Notes: generated from the sequence alone by a model not told the origin. Shown: positions 29,794 to 39,241, numbered from the stretch's first letter. The stretch is DNA of 64,000 nucleotides from Coleofasciculaceae cyanobacterium (GCA_036703295.1 DATNPJ010000034.1:85482-149481), one strand, 5' to 3'. Made by a program: numbers and translations.

Positions 29794-32700
29794 TTAGAGG
29801 GAATCCGACTGGGCGGAGAAGAAGTTGAGCAGCTCGTTGCCGGCTGAGGCGAACTCGCGCTTGGGAGCACGGGCGCCTTCGTCGACCATCAGATCGACCT
29901 CGATCTCGCGGCCATCCTTCAGGCGTTTCTTCACGGTGATGTCGAGACCGATACTGTGGATCTCGCGCACCAGCACCTTGAAGGACTCCGGAATGCTCGG
30001 TCGGTTGAGGTTCTCACCTTTCACGATGGCTTCGTAAGCTCGGCTCCGGCCGACCACGTCGTCGGACTTGATGGTGAGCATCTCTTGCAGCGTGTAGGCG
30101 GCACCGTAAGCTTCCAGCGCCCACACCTCCATCTCTCCGAAGCGTTGGCCACCGAACTGCGCCTTACCACCCAACGGCTGTTGGGTAACCAGCGAGTACG
30201 GGCCGGTCGAACGGGCGTGGATCTTGTCGTCCACCAAGTGAACCAGCTTCATCATGTACATCCGGCCGATGGCGACGCGGTTGGCGAAGGGTTCGCCGGT
30301 CCGTCCGTCATGCAGAACCGCTTTGCCGTCATCGAAGATCCAGTTGATACCGGCATCGCTGATGGCTTGGCTCAGTTCCTTGGTCACGGCTGTACGGGAA
30401 GCTTCTTCACCATACATCTCGTCAAAAGGAGGCACCTCGTAGTGTTTGCCCGTGAGATGCGCCGCCAGACCCAACAGGGTCTCGTAGGTTTGTCCCACGT
30501 TCATACGGGAAGGAACGCCCAGCGGGTTCAGTACGATATCAATGGGGGTGCCATCCGGCAGGAAGGGCATGTCCTCGATTGGCAGAATCCGAGACACAAT
30601 CCCTTTGTTACCGTGGCGTCCGGCCATTTTATCGCCGACGCTGATTTTACGCTTCTGGGCGAGATACACGCGGACGACCGTATTGGCGCCCGGCGGCAGC
30701 TCATCGCCTTTTTCACGGTCGAAGACTTTCACGTCCACCACGCGTCCGCCTTCGCCGTGAGGAACGCGCAGGGAGTTATCCCGGACATCGCGCGCTTTCT
30801 CGGCAAAGATGGCCCGCAGCAGTTTCTCTTCCGGAGGGTGCTCGGATTCCCCTTTCGGGGTGATCTTACCGACCAGAATGTCACCGGCAAAGACCCGGGC
30901 ACCAATGCGAACGATGCCACGTTCGTCCAGGTTCCGGAGGGCGTCTTCCCCGACGTTGGGAATTTCGCGGGTAATCTCTTCCGGCCCCAGTTTGGTGGTA
31001 CGGGCATCAACTTCCAGTTTCTCGATGTGAATCGAGGTGTAGACGTCATCGTGAATCAACCGTTCGCTGATGAGAATCGCGTCCTCAAAGTTGTAGCCTT
31101 CCCAAGGCATGAACGCGACCATCACGTTCTTGCCCAGCGCCAGCTCGCCGCCGTTGGTGGCCGCACCATCAGCAATCAACTCGCCGGTGACGACCTTATC
31201 ACCTTCGCGGACCACGGGACGGTGGTTCAAGCAGGTGTCCTGGTTGCTGCGGAGGTATTTCACCATCTGGTGGGGGTGAACTTTGCCCTCTTTATTGCGG
31301 ATTTCAATCACATCACCCGTGACGCGCTCAACAGTGCCGTCCACTTCAGACACCAAGGACATCCCGGAGTCCATTGCGACGCGACGCTCCAGGCCGGTTC
31401 CGACCATGGGACGCTCGGCTTTCACCAGCGGCACGGATTGACGTTGCATGTTGGAGCCCATCAGCGCCCGGTTGGCGTCATCGTGCTCCAGGAACGGAAT
31501 CAACGCCGTCCCCACGGAGACGATCTGGATGGGGGAGACCCCGACATAGTCCACGGTCGTCGGCTCGGTGATGGTGAACTCGTTGCGGTAACGAACCGGG
31601 ACATGCGGTCCCATCAGGGTGCCGTCTTCGGTTCGTGTTACATCGCCAGGCGCCACGCGGTACTTGTCTTCCTCATCGGCGGACAAGAAGTGGATTTCTC
31701 CGGTTAGTTTGCCTGCCTTGGCCTCCCAATAAGGAGTTTCCAGGAAGCCGTACTCGTTGACGCGGGCATAAGTGGACAAAGAGCCAATCAAACCGGCGTT
31801 CGGTCCTTCCGGTGTCTCAACCGGACAGATACGGCCGTAGTGGCTGGGGTGAATGTCGCGAACCGCAAAACCGGCGCGTTCACGCGTCAAGCCACCAGGT
31901 CCCAGGGCAGATAAACGCCGTTTGTGGGTCAATTCCGACAACGGGTTGGTCTGATCCATAAACTGGGACAGCTGAGAGGAGCCAAAGAACTCTCGGATGG
32001 CAGCCAGGAGAGGCTTCGGGTTCAGCAGGTTGTTAGGCGTCAGCGTATCGATGTCTTGCAGCGTCATGCGCTCTTTGACAATCCGCTCCAGACGGGTCAA
32101 GCCGACCCGGAACTGGTTTTGCAACAGTTCCCCGACCGCCCGAATACGACGATTACCGAGGTGATCGATATCATCCACCTGCCCGTCGTCATAGTTGAGG
32201 TTGACCAGGTAATCGATGGCGGACACGATGTCTTCGTTGGTCAGCACGCGCACAGTATCCGGCGTGGAGAGGCCCAACTTCTTGTTGACCTTGTAACGGC
32301 CCACCTTGCCCAAGTCGTAGCGCTTCTCATCGAAGAAGCGGCTTTCCAGCAGCGAGCGGCCACCGCCAACGCTGGGGGGATCGCCGGGACGCAGCTTTTT
32401 GTAGACTTCGATCAGCGCTTCCTCGGTGGTTTCAGTCGGATCCTTGTCCAGCGTCTTCTTCAGGTAGTCGAAGTGCCGGAACTGGTTTTCCATCTCGGAA
32501 ACGGACATGCCCAATGCTCGTAGCAGGGTAGTGGCGAGAATTTTACGGTTTTTATCGATTTTGACGTAGATGACGTCGTTAATATCGGTCTCGAACTTCA
32601 ACCAGGCGCCCCGGTTGGGGATCATGGTTGCGTTGAAAATCCGCTTGCCGTTCAGGGCCTGGTCTTTTTTGTAGTAAATACCAGGCGACCGGACGATTTG

Positions 32701-33096
32701 AGAGACAATGACCCGCTCGGCGCCGTTGATGATGAAGGTTCCGCGCTCGGTCATCATCGGGATTTCACCGATGTAGGCTTCCTGCTCCTTGATTTCCCCG
32801 GTATCCCGGTTCACCAAGCGCAACATGATGCGCAACTGGCGCGCATAGGTCGTGTCATGCAAGCGAGCGCTTTCCACGGTGTGCTTAGGCTTGTCGAAGC
32901 TATATTCCGGGAGGAAATAAAGCTCAAGACGACCCGTGTAGTCACGGATCGGGGAAAAAGACAATAATTCTTCCTTGAGACCTTCGGTAACGAACCAGTT
33001 AAACGAATTCTTCTGAATTTCCGCCAAATCGGGAAGCTGTTCCAGGGGAAGGGATCCAATGCCTGGAAGAGTGGAACGCGTGGTCGTTGCTGCCAT
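29794..33096 (-). CDS. rpoB: DNA-directed RNA polymerase subunit beta.
   Basis: 1100 aa carrying the canonical beta subunit signature blocks. It sits immediately upstream of rpoC1. Confidence 0.95.
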   Translation of the reverse strand: MAATTTRSTLPGIGSLPLEQLPDLAEIQKNSFNWFVTEGLKEELLSFSPIRDYTGRLELYFLPEYSFDKPKHTVESARLHDTTYARQLRIMLRLVNRDTGEIKEQEAYIGEIPMMTERGTFIINGAERVIVSQIVRSPGIYYKKDQALNGKRIFNATMIPNRGAWLKFETDINDVIYVKIDKNRKILATTLLRALGMSVSEMENQFRHFDYLKKTLDKDPTETTEEALIEVYKKLRPGDPPSVGGGRSLLESRFFDEKRYDLGKVGRYKVNKKLGLSTPDTVRVLTNEDIVSAIDYLVNLNYDDGQVDDIDHLGNRRIRAVGELLQNQFRVGLTRLERIVKERMTLQDIDTLTPNNLLNPKPLLAAIREFFGSSQLSQFMDQTNPLSELTHKRRLSALGPGGLTRERAGFAVRDIHPSHYGRICPVETPEGPNAGLIGSLSTYARVNEYGFLETPYWEAKAGKLTGEIHFLSADEEDKYRVAPGDVTRTEDGTLMGPHVPVRYRNEFTITEPTTVDYVGVSPIQIVSVGTALIPFLEHDDANRALMGSNMQRQSVPLVKAERPMVGTGLERRVAMDSGMSLVSEVDGTVERVTGDVIEIRNKEGKVHPHQMVKYLRSNQDTCLNHRPVVREGDKVVTGELIADGAATNGGELALGKNVMVAFMPWEGYNFEDAILISERLIHDDVYTSIHIEKLEVDARTTKLGPEEITREIPNVGEDALRNLDERGIVRIGARVFAGDILVGKITPKGESEHPPEEKLLRAIFAEKARDVRDNSLRVPHGEGGRVVDVKVFDREKGDELPPGANTVVRVYLAQKRKISVGDKMAGRHGNKGIVSRILPIEDMPFLPDGTPIDIVLNPLGVPSRMNVGQTYETLLGLAAHLTGKHYEVPPFDEMYGEEASRTAVTKELSQAISDAGINWIFDDGKAVLHDGRTGEPFANRVAIGRMYMMKLVHLVDDKIHARSTGPYSLVTQQPLGGKAQFGGQRFGEMEVWALEAYGAAYTLQEMLTIKSDDVVGRSRAYEAIVKGENLNRPSIPESFKVLVREIHSIGLDITVKKRLKDGREIEVDLMVDEGARAPKREFASAGNELLNFFSAQSDSL

Positions 33097-33333
33097 TATG
33101 AACCTCGTCGTAAATTTTGAAACTGATTGAGGATTTTGCTAGAAATCTTATAGTGGTGCGGGAGTTGTTTCGGAGAATTGTGAGTCAACTCACGATTATG
33201 CAGGGAGGGGTGAACAACAATACCCCAATGAGTCAATATACCAGGGACATCATAAAAGGTAAAACTCCACAGGCAAAAAGGAAAACCAAGTGGCCAAATC
33301 GGCAGTCTCGGTTTTCCTTGCCTGTAGAATGAG

Positions 33334-33726
33334 TTATTTGATTTCGACTTTTGCGCCAGCAGCTTCCAGCTTGGCTTTGATGTCGGCGGCTTCTTCTTTT
33401 TTGATGCCTTCTTTAACTGCTTTGGGAGCGCCGTCAACCAGGTCTTTGGCTTCTTTCAAGCCCAAGCCGGTAATGGCGCGCACTTCCTTGAGGACGGCGA
33501 TTTTGTTGCCGCCTGCATCGGCGAGGATGACGGACACATCGGTCACTTCTTCCTCAGCAGCAGCACCGCCACCGCCAGCCGGGGCAGCGGCCACAGCCAC
33601 AGGAGCCGCGGCGGTAATGCCGAACTCATCTTCAAAAGCTTTTACCAGGTTCGCGGTTTGCAGAAAGGTCAGGGTTTTGATTTCTTCGAAAATCTTGCTC
33701 GTTTTATCATCTAATTCAACAGGCAT
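33334..33726 (-). CDS. rplL: 50S ribosomal protein L7/L12.
   Basis: 130 aa with an Ala/Gly-rich hinge and a conserved C-terminal domain ([16 protein letters not shown]). Confidence 0.95.
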   Translation of the reverse strand: MPVELDDKTSKIFEEIKTLTFLQTANLVKAFEDEFGITAAAPVAVAAAPAGGGGAAAEEEVTDVSVILADAGGNKIAVLKEVRAITGLGLKEAKDLVDGAPKAVKEGIKKEEAADIKAKLEAAGAKVEIK

Positions 33727-33810
33727 TGGATTTAGACCTCATTTCATTGTTGTAACAGTTCGTAGACACAAGAGCGGGAGGGATCAGGAGCGGGACTCCG
33801 CCCGGACTGA

Positions 33811-34341
33811 CTACCCGGCTTCTTGCAAACGTTTGGCGTACTGGTCCAGAACGTTGACCAATCCGCGTTGCGGACTGCTGAGCGCGGCAACCGTGCCGGC
33901 CAGCGGGGAGTTGATTGCACCCACCAATTTACCGCGAAGCTCTTCAAGAGGCGGGAGTTTCGCCAGCTGTTCCACTTCAGCCGGACTTAGCAATTTTCCG
34001 TCCAGGTAACCACCGCGAATCTCATTGGCTTTCTTGTTTTTGGACAAGAAGGTGGTGAGAACCTTCACGGGAGCTACTTGATCGGCCTGCCCAAGCAGAA
34101 GGGCAGTCGGACCTTTCAGCACATCGTTCAGCACCTGCATGCCGGTGCCTTCCAGGGCGTGAATGGTCAGTGTGTTTTTGGCAACCGTGAACTGCGCTTG
34201 CTCTTTCAGCAGTTCGCGACGAAGCTCGGTCAGCTCGCCCACGGTCAATCCACGGTAATCAGCCACAATGGCAATCGTGGCCTTGTCTAGTACAGCTTTC
34301 AGCTGTGATACGGTTTCTTTTTTCTGAGCCAGTTTTCCCAC
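33811..34341 (-). CDS. rplJ: 50S ribosomal protein L10.
   Basis: L10 signature ADYRGLTVGELTELRRELL. The GTG start with an AAGGA SD was chosen to give ~177 aa. The ORF track extends 60 codons further upstream, which is atypical for L10. Confidence 0.85.
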   Translation of the reverse strand: MGKLAQKKETVSQLKAVLDKATIAIVADYRGLTVGELTELRRELLKEQAQFTVAKNTLTIHALEGTGMQVLNDVLKGPTALLLGQADQVAPVKVLTTFLSKNKKANEIRGGYLDGKLLSPAEVEQLAKLPPLEELRGKLVGAINSPLAGTVAALSSPQRGLVNVLDQYAKRLQEAG

Positions 34342-34717
34342 GACAGCCACTGATCCTTTCTTTAGAATGGTTTCTTTGAAATGTTTTCCAGATGTTTCGG
34401 TCTTGAAGTGTCCTTGGTCGCTTGTACACGGTGGGTTTAAGCGATTGGTTTGCTTTCCGGCCTTGCCTTGAAAGCGCTCCAGGTTGGGGAGGAGGTTATC
34501 CGGTCGGCTTCTCCATGCCACTTGTCCGTAGCTGTTGTTGGGCTGGGTTGATCGGAGGACTCACCTTGGAAAGGTCCGGACTGATTCTGCCGGGGTCTAT
34601 TCCACATCTTCTTCCGTGTCATTCTTCGGACAAGCACTTGCAGAACGGAGTGGTTCAAAACCAACTGGTAGGAGCAACATTTATAGCAAAGACAATAGGC
34701 GGGTGCAAGTCAAGATG
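34342..34717 (-). promoter_or_regulatory. Long 5' leader of rplJ-rplL, a candidate L10(L12)4 autoregulatory leader.
   Basis: ~375-nt untranslated region between the upstream receiver gene and rplJ. L10-leader RNA structures are common in bacteria, but the structure was not verified here. Confidence 0.35.
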
Positions 34718-35110
34718 TTAATTTATTGTTACACTCTCCAGCAGCGGCAGCAATTCATCGGCGATTCGGCTCTTGGGGACGAACAGAAAAGGGTGGCTGG
34801 GGATGGATGAAGCTTCCGAACCGCTGATGAGAATGATGCGTTCCGGGGGAAGTCCACTGTTCAGTAGTTGAGCGCCAAGCTCAAGTCCATCGCGAGTCCC
34901 TTTGAGCTTCCAGTCGAGCAGGACCACCTCGGGGAGCTTCTCCGTAAAGGCCTGCATGGCCGCTTCAAAGTGATCGGCCACGGCGGCCAGCTCAAACCGG
35001 GGGTCTGTCTCCAGCAGACTTTCGATACCTAGCTGCCATAGGGGCTCGTCTTCCACGAGTAGTATGCGAACCGGCTGACTCATGCCTTTAGAGTATCGGA
35101 AAGGCGGCAT
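34718..35110 (-). CDS. Stand-alone CheY-like receiver-domain response regulator.
   Basis: Receiver fold with a VRILLVEDE N-terminus, an LLDWKL phospho-acceptor Asp context and a conserved K. There is no output domain. The start is either 35110 or the internal ATG at 35083. Confidence 0.7.
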   Translation of the reverse strand: MPPFRYSKGMSQPVRILLVEDEPLWQLGIESLLETDPRFELAAVADHFEAAMQAFTEKLPEVVLLDWKLKGTRDGLELGAQLLNSGLPPERIILISGSEASSIPSHPFLFVPKSRIADELLPLLESVTIN

Positions 35111-35276
35111 TTTGACCAGCCGAGCGCCAGGTATTCCGAATCAGGCAAATTTTTTCTTTCAGAGGTTTTTCTGACAGCCAGAACCAACTCGCCTCGAATA
35201 CCCTTCTTTTGTAATATACGCATTAAACCGACCCCTCTGATACTCCCTGGTGATGTTTTAGATAAGGATTGAAAGT

Positions 35277-36008
35277 ATGATGAACATCAACCGCCCGGCT
35301 GGCCTTGCCCCACAAACACCTGTTCGCTTCGGGCAGTTCAAAGTTCAACTCCACGGGAGTCTGACCCCAGACGAGAAGGATGCCATCAAACCTCTTTTTA
35401 GGAGAACATCCACACCAAGAATGCTCATATCAAAGGAGGGTTTTCTCGATATCCTATCCAGCCCGGCTAAAAAGTTGTATCAGCTTTATGAAGAGGGAGC
35501 CGGCAATCAGTATTCCGTACAGCAACGGATGCAGGCTTTGGAGAAATTTTGCAAAGAAAATAACATTCATCCCATGAAACTGCTGGATTTGCAGAATGAA
35601 ATTGCCGAAGTTTCGCAAGCTAACATGAGTCCCGTAGAACGTTGCCAGGTGGCGTTGATGGCCTTGGAAGAGATGCTTAAAGCGTGTTTCCCTAAAGAGA
35701 AACCGACTCTCTGGTTTGAAAAGTTTGCGGACGAGTGCATCCAGGTCACGGCGGTGGACAAAGAGGGGCAGGCGCTGAAAATTTGCGATCTGCCCGGTAT
35801 GGCTCGGTCCATTCCCAAAAATAGCAAGGTGTTGCTCTATGACAAACACAAACCGGAGTCCATGCAAGATGATCTGCGGCGTTCGTTGACTGGCTTTGCC
35901 GAGGGCTTGAACAAGGGGATCTTGGAAGGTCTCTTCAAGAAGCCCTCAGTAGTTCCCTTTGCAATGAGAATCTCTCCACAACCAGGTTTCGATCCATCGA
36001 AAGAATAA
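35277..36008 (+). CDS. Hypothetical protein (243 aa), low GC.
   Basis: Clean ORF at ~48% GC in a ~60% GC background. No recognisable motif. Confidence 0.5.
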   Translation: MMNINRPAGLAPQTPVRFGQFKVQLHGSLTPDEKDAIKPLFRRTSTPRMLISKEGFLDILSSPAKKLYQLYEEGAGNQYSVQQRMQALEKFCKENNIHPMKLLDLQNEIAEVSQANMSPVERCQVALMALEEMLKACFPKEKPTLWFEKFADECIQVTAVDKEGQALKICDLPGMARSIPKNSKVLLYDKHKPESMQDDLRRSLTGFAEGLNKGILEGLFKKPSVVPFAMRISPQPGFDPSKE

Positions 36009-36017
36009 AACTAAGCT

Positions 36018-36419
36018 TCAGGCCTCTTGGGAATGTGGGCCTGAGGTATCGCGTTCGGAGACCCGGTATTTGTCCAGCAGGGTTTGGCCTGCTTTTAATA
36101 CTTGCAGTTCCTCTCCAAGACTGGTACGCAGGCCGCTCAGATTCTGTTCCACGCGCTCGTCCATGGCCCGGCAGCTAATCAGCATTGCCTGCACAGCTTG
36201 CTGTGAAGACTCTGGCAGCGTGGCCAGGGATATTTTGCCCAAGGCATCCAGCAAGTTGCCTCGGCGCAGGATGAGCTGCCCCAGCCGGGGAATTGGCGGC
36301 GGTTCCGTGGCGCTTTGAGTCAGGATTTCCTCCGAAACCCGGCCCAGCTCGTCGATTAGTTGGCGGGCGAGGGCTTCCGGATTAGCCGGCCCAGGCCCGG
36401 TCGGCGGCTTCGTCGTCAT
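36018..36419 (-). CDS. Hypothetical protein overlapping the 3' end of fliS (possible FliT/FlgN-like partner).
   Basis: 133 aa if started at MTTKPP. It overlaps the fliS stop by ~38 nt in the same orientation, so it is probably translationally coupled. It is helical and Leu/Gln-rich. The FliT assignment is only by position. Confidence 0.4.
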   Translation of the reverse strand: MTTKPPTGPGPANPEALARQLIDELGRVSEEILTQSATEPPPIPRLGQLILRRGNLLDALGKISLATLPESSQQAVQAMLISCRAMDERVEQNLSGLRTSLGEELQVLKAGQTLLDKYRVSERDTSGPHSQEA

Positions 36420-36828
36420 GAGTGTCGCCTGCGCCTTCCTTGTTTGCAATGCGAATCGCTTCTTCCCAAGTGACCTTGAGGTTTCTTAGATGATCCAATA
36501 CTTCATCGATCATGGCCACATCTTTTTTAATATTGGCCTGAACCAGCCGGTAGTGGAGGTATTCATAGAGGCGGTAGAGGTTGAGCGCCATCTCGCCGCC
36601 AATCTCCATGTCCAGGCTGTTCATGAACTCCAGGATAATATTCTGCGCCTTGAGGAGATACTTGTGGGACTTTTCCAGGTTCTGCTCCTCCAGGCCCTTG
36701 CGGGCAATCACGAGGAAGCGGATGGCCCCGTCATACAGCATAATCAGGATTTCTTGCGGGGTGGCCGTTTCAACCTGATTCTGTTTATACTGTTCGGCCT
36801 TCTTGAGGTAAGGATTATAGGCACTCAT
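36382..36828 (-). CDS. fliS: Flagellar export chaperone FliS family.
   Basis: MSAYNPYLKKAEQYKQNQVETATPQEILIMLYDGAIRFL...NLYRLYEYLHYRLVQANIKKD matches the FliS four-helix-bundle family (LI-MLYDGA, NLY-LY-Y). A C-terminal acidic tail is present. Confidence 0.75.
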   Translation of the reverse strand: MSAYNPYLKKAEQYKQNQVETATPQEILIMLYDGAIRFLVIARKGLEEQNLEKSHKYLLKAQNIILEFMNSLDMEIGGEMALNLYRLYEYLHYRLVQANIKKDVAMIDEVLDHLRNLKVTWEEAIRIANKEGAGDTHDDEAADRAWAG

Positions 36829-36993
36829 CAGTGATGAACAGCTCCTATTGGTTCCGGTTCTGACCTTCTTATCGACCAACGGATTGGAAAACTTTAAAAT
36901 TCTCCTCCATCTGCAGGAGAAGGGGCTGGGGCGCAACAAAACGGCATTGCCTGTTTTTATGCATATGTCAGCGAGACAGGGGATAGTGGGAAA

Positions 36994-37212
36994 ATGGCCA
37001 TTTCAAAGAGGATGTCCCGTGCCAAGCAAAAGGCGCTGGGTCAATGGTTTCCGACCATTGCGGAAGCCGCCGCCGACGAGCGAAACGCTGCCCGGCTGGA
37101 GACACTGGAGATCCTGATGGATATTGATCAGGTGAGCAGCCTGTTTGCCAGCATGGAGGAACTCCGGCAGGGCAAAATCCTGGGCCTCCAAGACGCGTTC
37201 GGGGATTTATAA
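36994..37212 (+). CDS. Putative antitoxin; the C-terminal half is YefM/Phd-like and the N-terminal half is unrecognisable.
   Basis: 72 aa ending 2 nt before the toxin ATG. The C-terminal ERNAARLETLEILMDIDQVSSLFASMEELRQGK resembles the YefM/Phd C-terminal toxin-binding region. The N-terminal 30 aa lack the usual beta-strand DNA-binding domain. Confidence 0.5.
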   Translation: MAISKRMSRAKQKALGQWFPTIAEAAADERNAARLETLEILMDIDQVSSLFASMEELRQGKILGLQDAFGDL

Positions 37213-37214
37213 CC

Positions 37215-37553
37215 ATGAGCGCCGTACTGCAGCAGGCCTCCGGTCAGGTGGTATCCACGCCGTGGAGCGTATTTTTGACTCGGACCGCCGATAAAAGCCA
37301 GCGTAAACTGGATAAACCCTTGCGTATCCTGCTTAGGGACGCTCTGCTTGACATTTGCCAGGACCCCGAGCGCCAGGGCGAACGCTTGTCGCAACCGCTG
37401 ACCAGTGTTTATTCTCACCACATCACATATAAAGGAAAGGAATTCCGGATTGCGTACCAGTTGGTGCCGGAAACGGAGTGCGTGGTGGTGGTGCTGATTG
37501 GACCGCACGAGAATTTCTACCGGAAACTCAAGAATTTGCTTTATGCTTCTTAA
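37215..37553 (+). CDS. RelE/ParE-superfamily type II toxin (mRNA interferase-like).
   Basis: 112 aa. The pattern KLDKPLRILLRDALLDI..DPERQGERL...VYSHHITYKGKEFRIAYQLVPETECVVVVLIGPHENFY matches the RelE/YoeB fold with C-terminal His/Tyr. Confidence 0.7.
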   Translation: MSAVLQQASGQVVSTPWSVFLTRTADKSQRKLDKPLRILLRDALLDICQDPERQGERLSQPLTSVYSHHITYKGKEFRIAYQLVPETECVVVVLIGPHENFYRKLKNLLYAS

Positions 37554-37690
37554 AAATTCGTTTCAAGAGGGTGGGGCAGAGGCATAACACGATTGGTAAT
37601 GTGGTGAACAAAGACAATTCCGTCGTTCCATGAGGGTCCTTTCTCCTCGGTTCGGCGTGCATGACCTGTAACGAGTAAGAGGGCTTGGTT

Positions 37691-37897
37691 GTGTTTAAGA
37701 TATTTCGGTCTGACAGACTGAAGCGAATGCAAGGCTCCAGCAGGGGGCAGGGGGTCGTTGAATACGCAGGCGCACTGGTTATTGCGGCGTCAATTGTGGC
37801 TCTGGGGCTGATGGTGGTGCCAGAGCAAATGACTGCCCTGTTTAATGGCGTTATTAATGCGGCGTTTTCGTATTTTTCTTCCCAGTTGCCCACCTAA
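37691..37897 (+). CDS. flp: Flp-family type IVb prepilin.
   Basis: The leader plus G/QGVVEYAGALVIAASIVALGLMVV gives the canonical Flp motif G/XXXXEY followed by a hydrophobic helix. The protein is short (68 aa from GTG with a GAGGG SD). Confidence 0.75.
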   Translation: MFKIFRSDRLKRMQGSSRGQGVVEYAGALVIAASIVALGLMVVPEQMTALFNGVINAAFSYFSSQLPT

Positions 37898-38071
37898 ACC
37901 CGGGATGCTGGGGGTATAGAGACAGGCGATCTTGCAGGAGGGCCGCCTGTTATCGTTAGTGACCTTCTGGTAAATGAATGGATCCTGTAGCGGGTGGCTT
38001 GAGAGGGGAGTTGGCGATCAAGGATGGGCATCGGGCTGGTCTTTTGCTAGTATGGAAAAAAGCGAAGACAT

Positions 38072-38144
38072 GCCTCAGTAGCTCAGTGGATAGAGCAACC
38101 GCCTTCTAAGCGGTAGGTCGCAGGTTCGAATCCTGCCTGGGGTA
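38072..38144 (+). tRNA. tRNA-Arg (anticodon TCT).
   Basis: Cloverleaf folded by hand. Acceptor GCCTCAG/CTGGGGT has two G-U pairs. D-arm is GCTC-AGTGGATA-GAGC, anticodon arm ACCGC-CTTCTAA-GCGGT, and T-arm GCAGG-TTCGAAT-CCTGC. The discriminator is A and there is no encoded CCA. Confidence 0.8.
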
Positions 38145-38147
38145 TTT

Positions 38148-38465
38148 TTAGTGGGGATGGGAATGACTGTGTTTGGCCGGGTGTTTGGCTTCGCCGAATA
38201 CATCCTTGAAAAAGCCACCAATCAATTCCTTGAAAAACAGCGCGATCTGGCGCATTGTTCGGTGGAGCCAGCCTTTGGGGGTGGTTTCTGTGGGCAATGG
38301 GCTGGCGGGCTCGTGCTCATGGAGGTGTGAATGATCCTCATTGAGGATGTGCCCGGTCTCGGCATGCGCATGGGTGCAGTTTGAATTGTGCATGTGGCCG
38401 AACCTCAAGGCTGGGTTGCGGGGTGGCATTGTGGTGGGGAAGCTGGCCATCAGGGCGTGGGTCAT
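38148..38465 (-). CDS. Histidine-rich putative metal-binding protein.
   Basis: 105 aa with 20 His (HMHNSNCTHAHAETGH..DHSHLHEHE..HPAKHSHSHPH). The stop lies 3 nt from the tRNA 3' end, and its start codon overlaps the stop of the membrane-protein gene (38465). Confidence 0.6.
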   Translation of the reverse strand: MTHALMASFPTTMPPRNPALRFGHMHNSNCTHAHAETGHILNEDHSHLHEHEPASPLPTETTPKGWLHRTMRQIALFFKELIGGFFKDVFGEAKHPAKHSHSHPH

Positions 38466-39241
38466 TACTTTTTATCTCCCAGTTTTGAGTGGAACCAGTT
38501 GCCGAGGGCGCCGAAGAACTCGCCGATGTCGGTCATGCAGATCAGTCCATGAGCGCTGCCGCAGCGGGCGCAGGCAGTCATGCCGCTGGCGGCGGTCAGA
38601 TTGCTTTGGGCCTGTGCTTTTGCACTAGTGCCCAGGGCGCCGCTTCTGGCAGCTATCGGGTAAGTGGCCAGGCCAAGAATCGTAGTGCCCACGGACAAGA
38701 TGAAACGGGTGAGTCCGGGGGGCAGGTTCAGCTTGTCTTCCAGGAAAGGCTCGGCCCGGTTGCTCAGTAAGTTGGTGGCGCCGACCATGCCGCTGACCAG
38801 AACGGCCATGCCGGGGAGTTGTGGTAATCCTTTTCTGCCCAGCATGATAGGGTTGATGAGTGCGACGGTTTCAATGGCTCCCAGCCATGCGGGTGGGCGC
38901 CAATTGATGGCCTTGTTGAACTGGTTCACGCCCGCAATGCCCAGGCCAATCCTGGCCCAGTCCTTCCAATCGCTGGAGAGCCACTTGAAGCTGGAGGGCC
39001 GTGCCGGAATCCGCCTTAACAGCAGGGCATTGGTCACGAAGGCCACCGCCAAACCAAGAGCCTTCAGGCGCGCTTTCGGTGCCGGAGTCGACTCGGAAAC
39101 GCTGAACGATAGAGCCGTCTGCGCGTGGCTGGAACTGGGCCGGATTTCAAAAACCTGGAACGCGCTGGCCGGCCGGTAGCGTTGCAGGGTGCTTTCCGGC
39201 GGATATATGGGGACAGGTTTACCAGTAAAGGTATATGTCAT
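38465..39241 (-). CDS. Integral membrane hypothetical protein.
   Basis: Multiple hydrophobic helices. The start at MTYTF (39241) was preferred because the ORF-track N-terminus is AT-rich and contains the palindromic operator. Confidence 0.5.
   Translation of the reverse strand: MTYTFTGKPVPIYPPESTLQRYRPASAFQVFEIRPSSSHAQTALSFSVSESTPAPKARLKALGLAVAFVTNALLLRRIPARPSSFKWLSSDWKDWARIGLGIAGVNQFNKAINWRPPAWLGAIETVALINPIMLGRKGLPQLPGMAVLVSGMVGATNLLSNRAEPFLEDKLNLPPGLTRFILSVGTTILGLATYPIAARSGALGTSAKAQAQSNLTAASGMTACARCGSAHGLICMTDIGEFFGALGNWFHSKLGDKK

Noticed and set aside
29956-31707. 583-aa plus-strand ORF antisense to rpoB, plus 31924..32523 and 32698..32967.
   Set aside because: This is the same situation: antisense-frame artefacts inside rpoB.
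38072-38144. Searched for an integrase gene and direct repeats flanking the tRNA-Arg, as expected for a classic integrative island.
   Set aside because: No tyrosine recombinase, transposase or phage gene is present within the window. No convincing repeat of the tRNA 3' end was seen by eye. The island interpretation rests on composition and content only.
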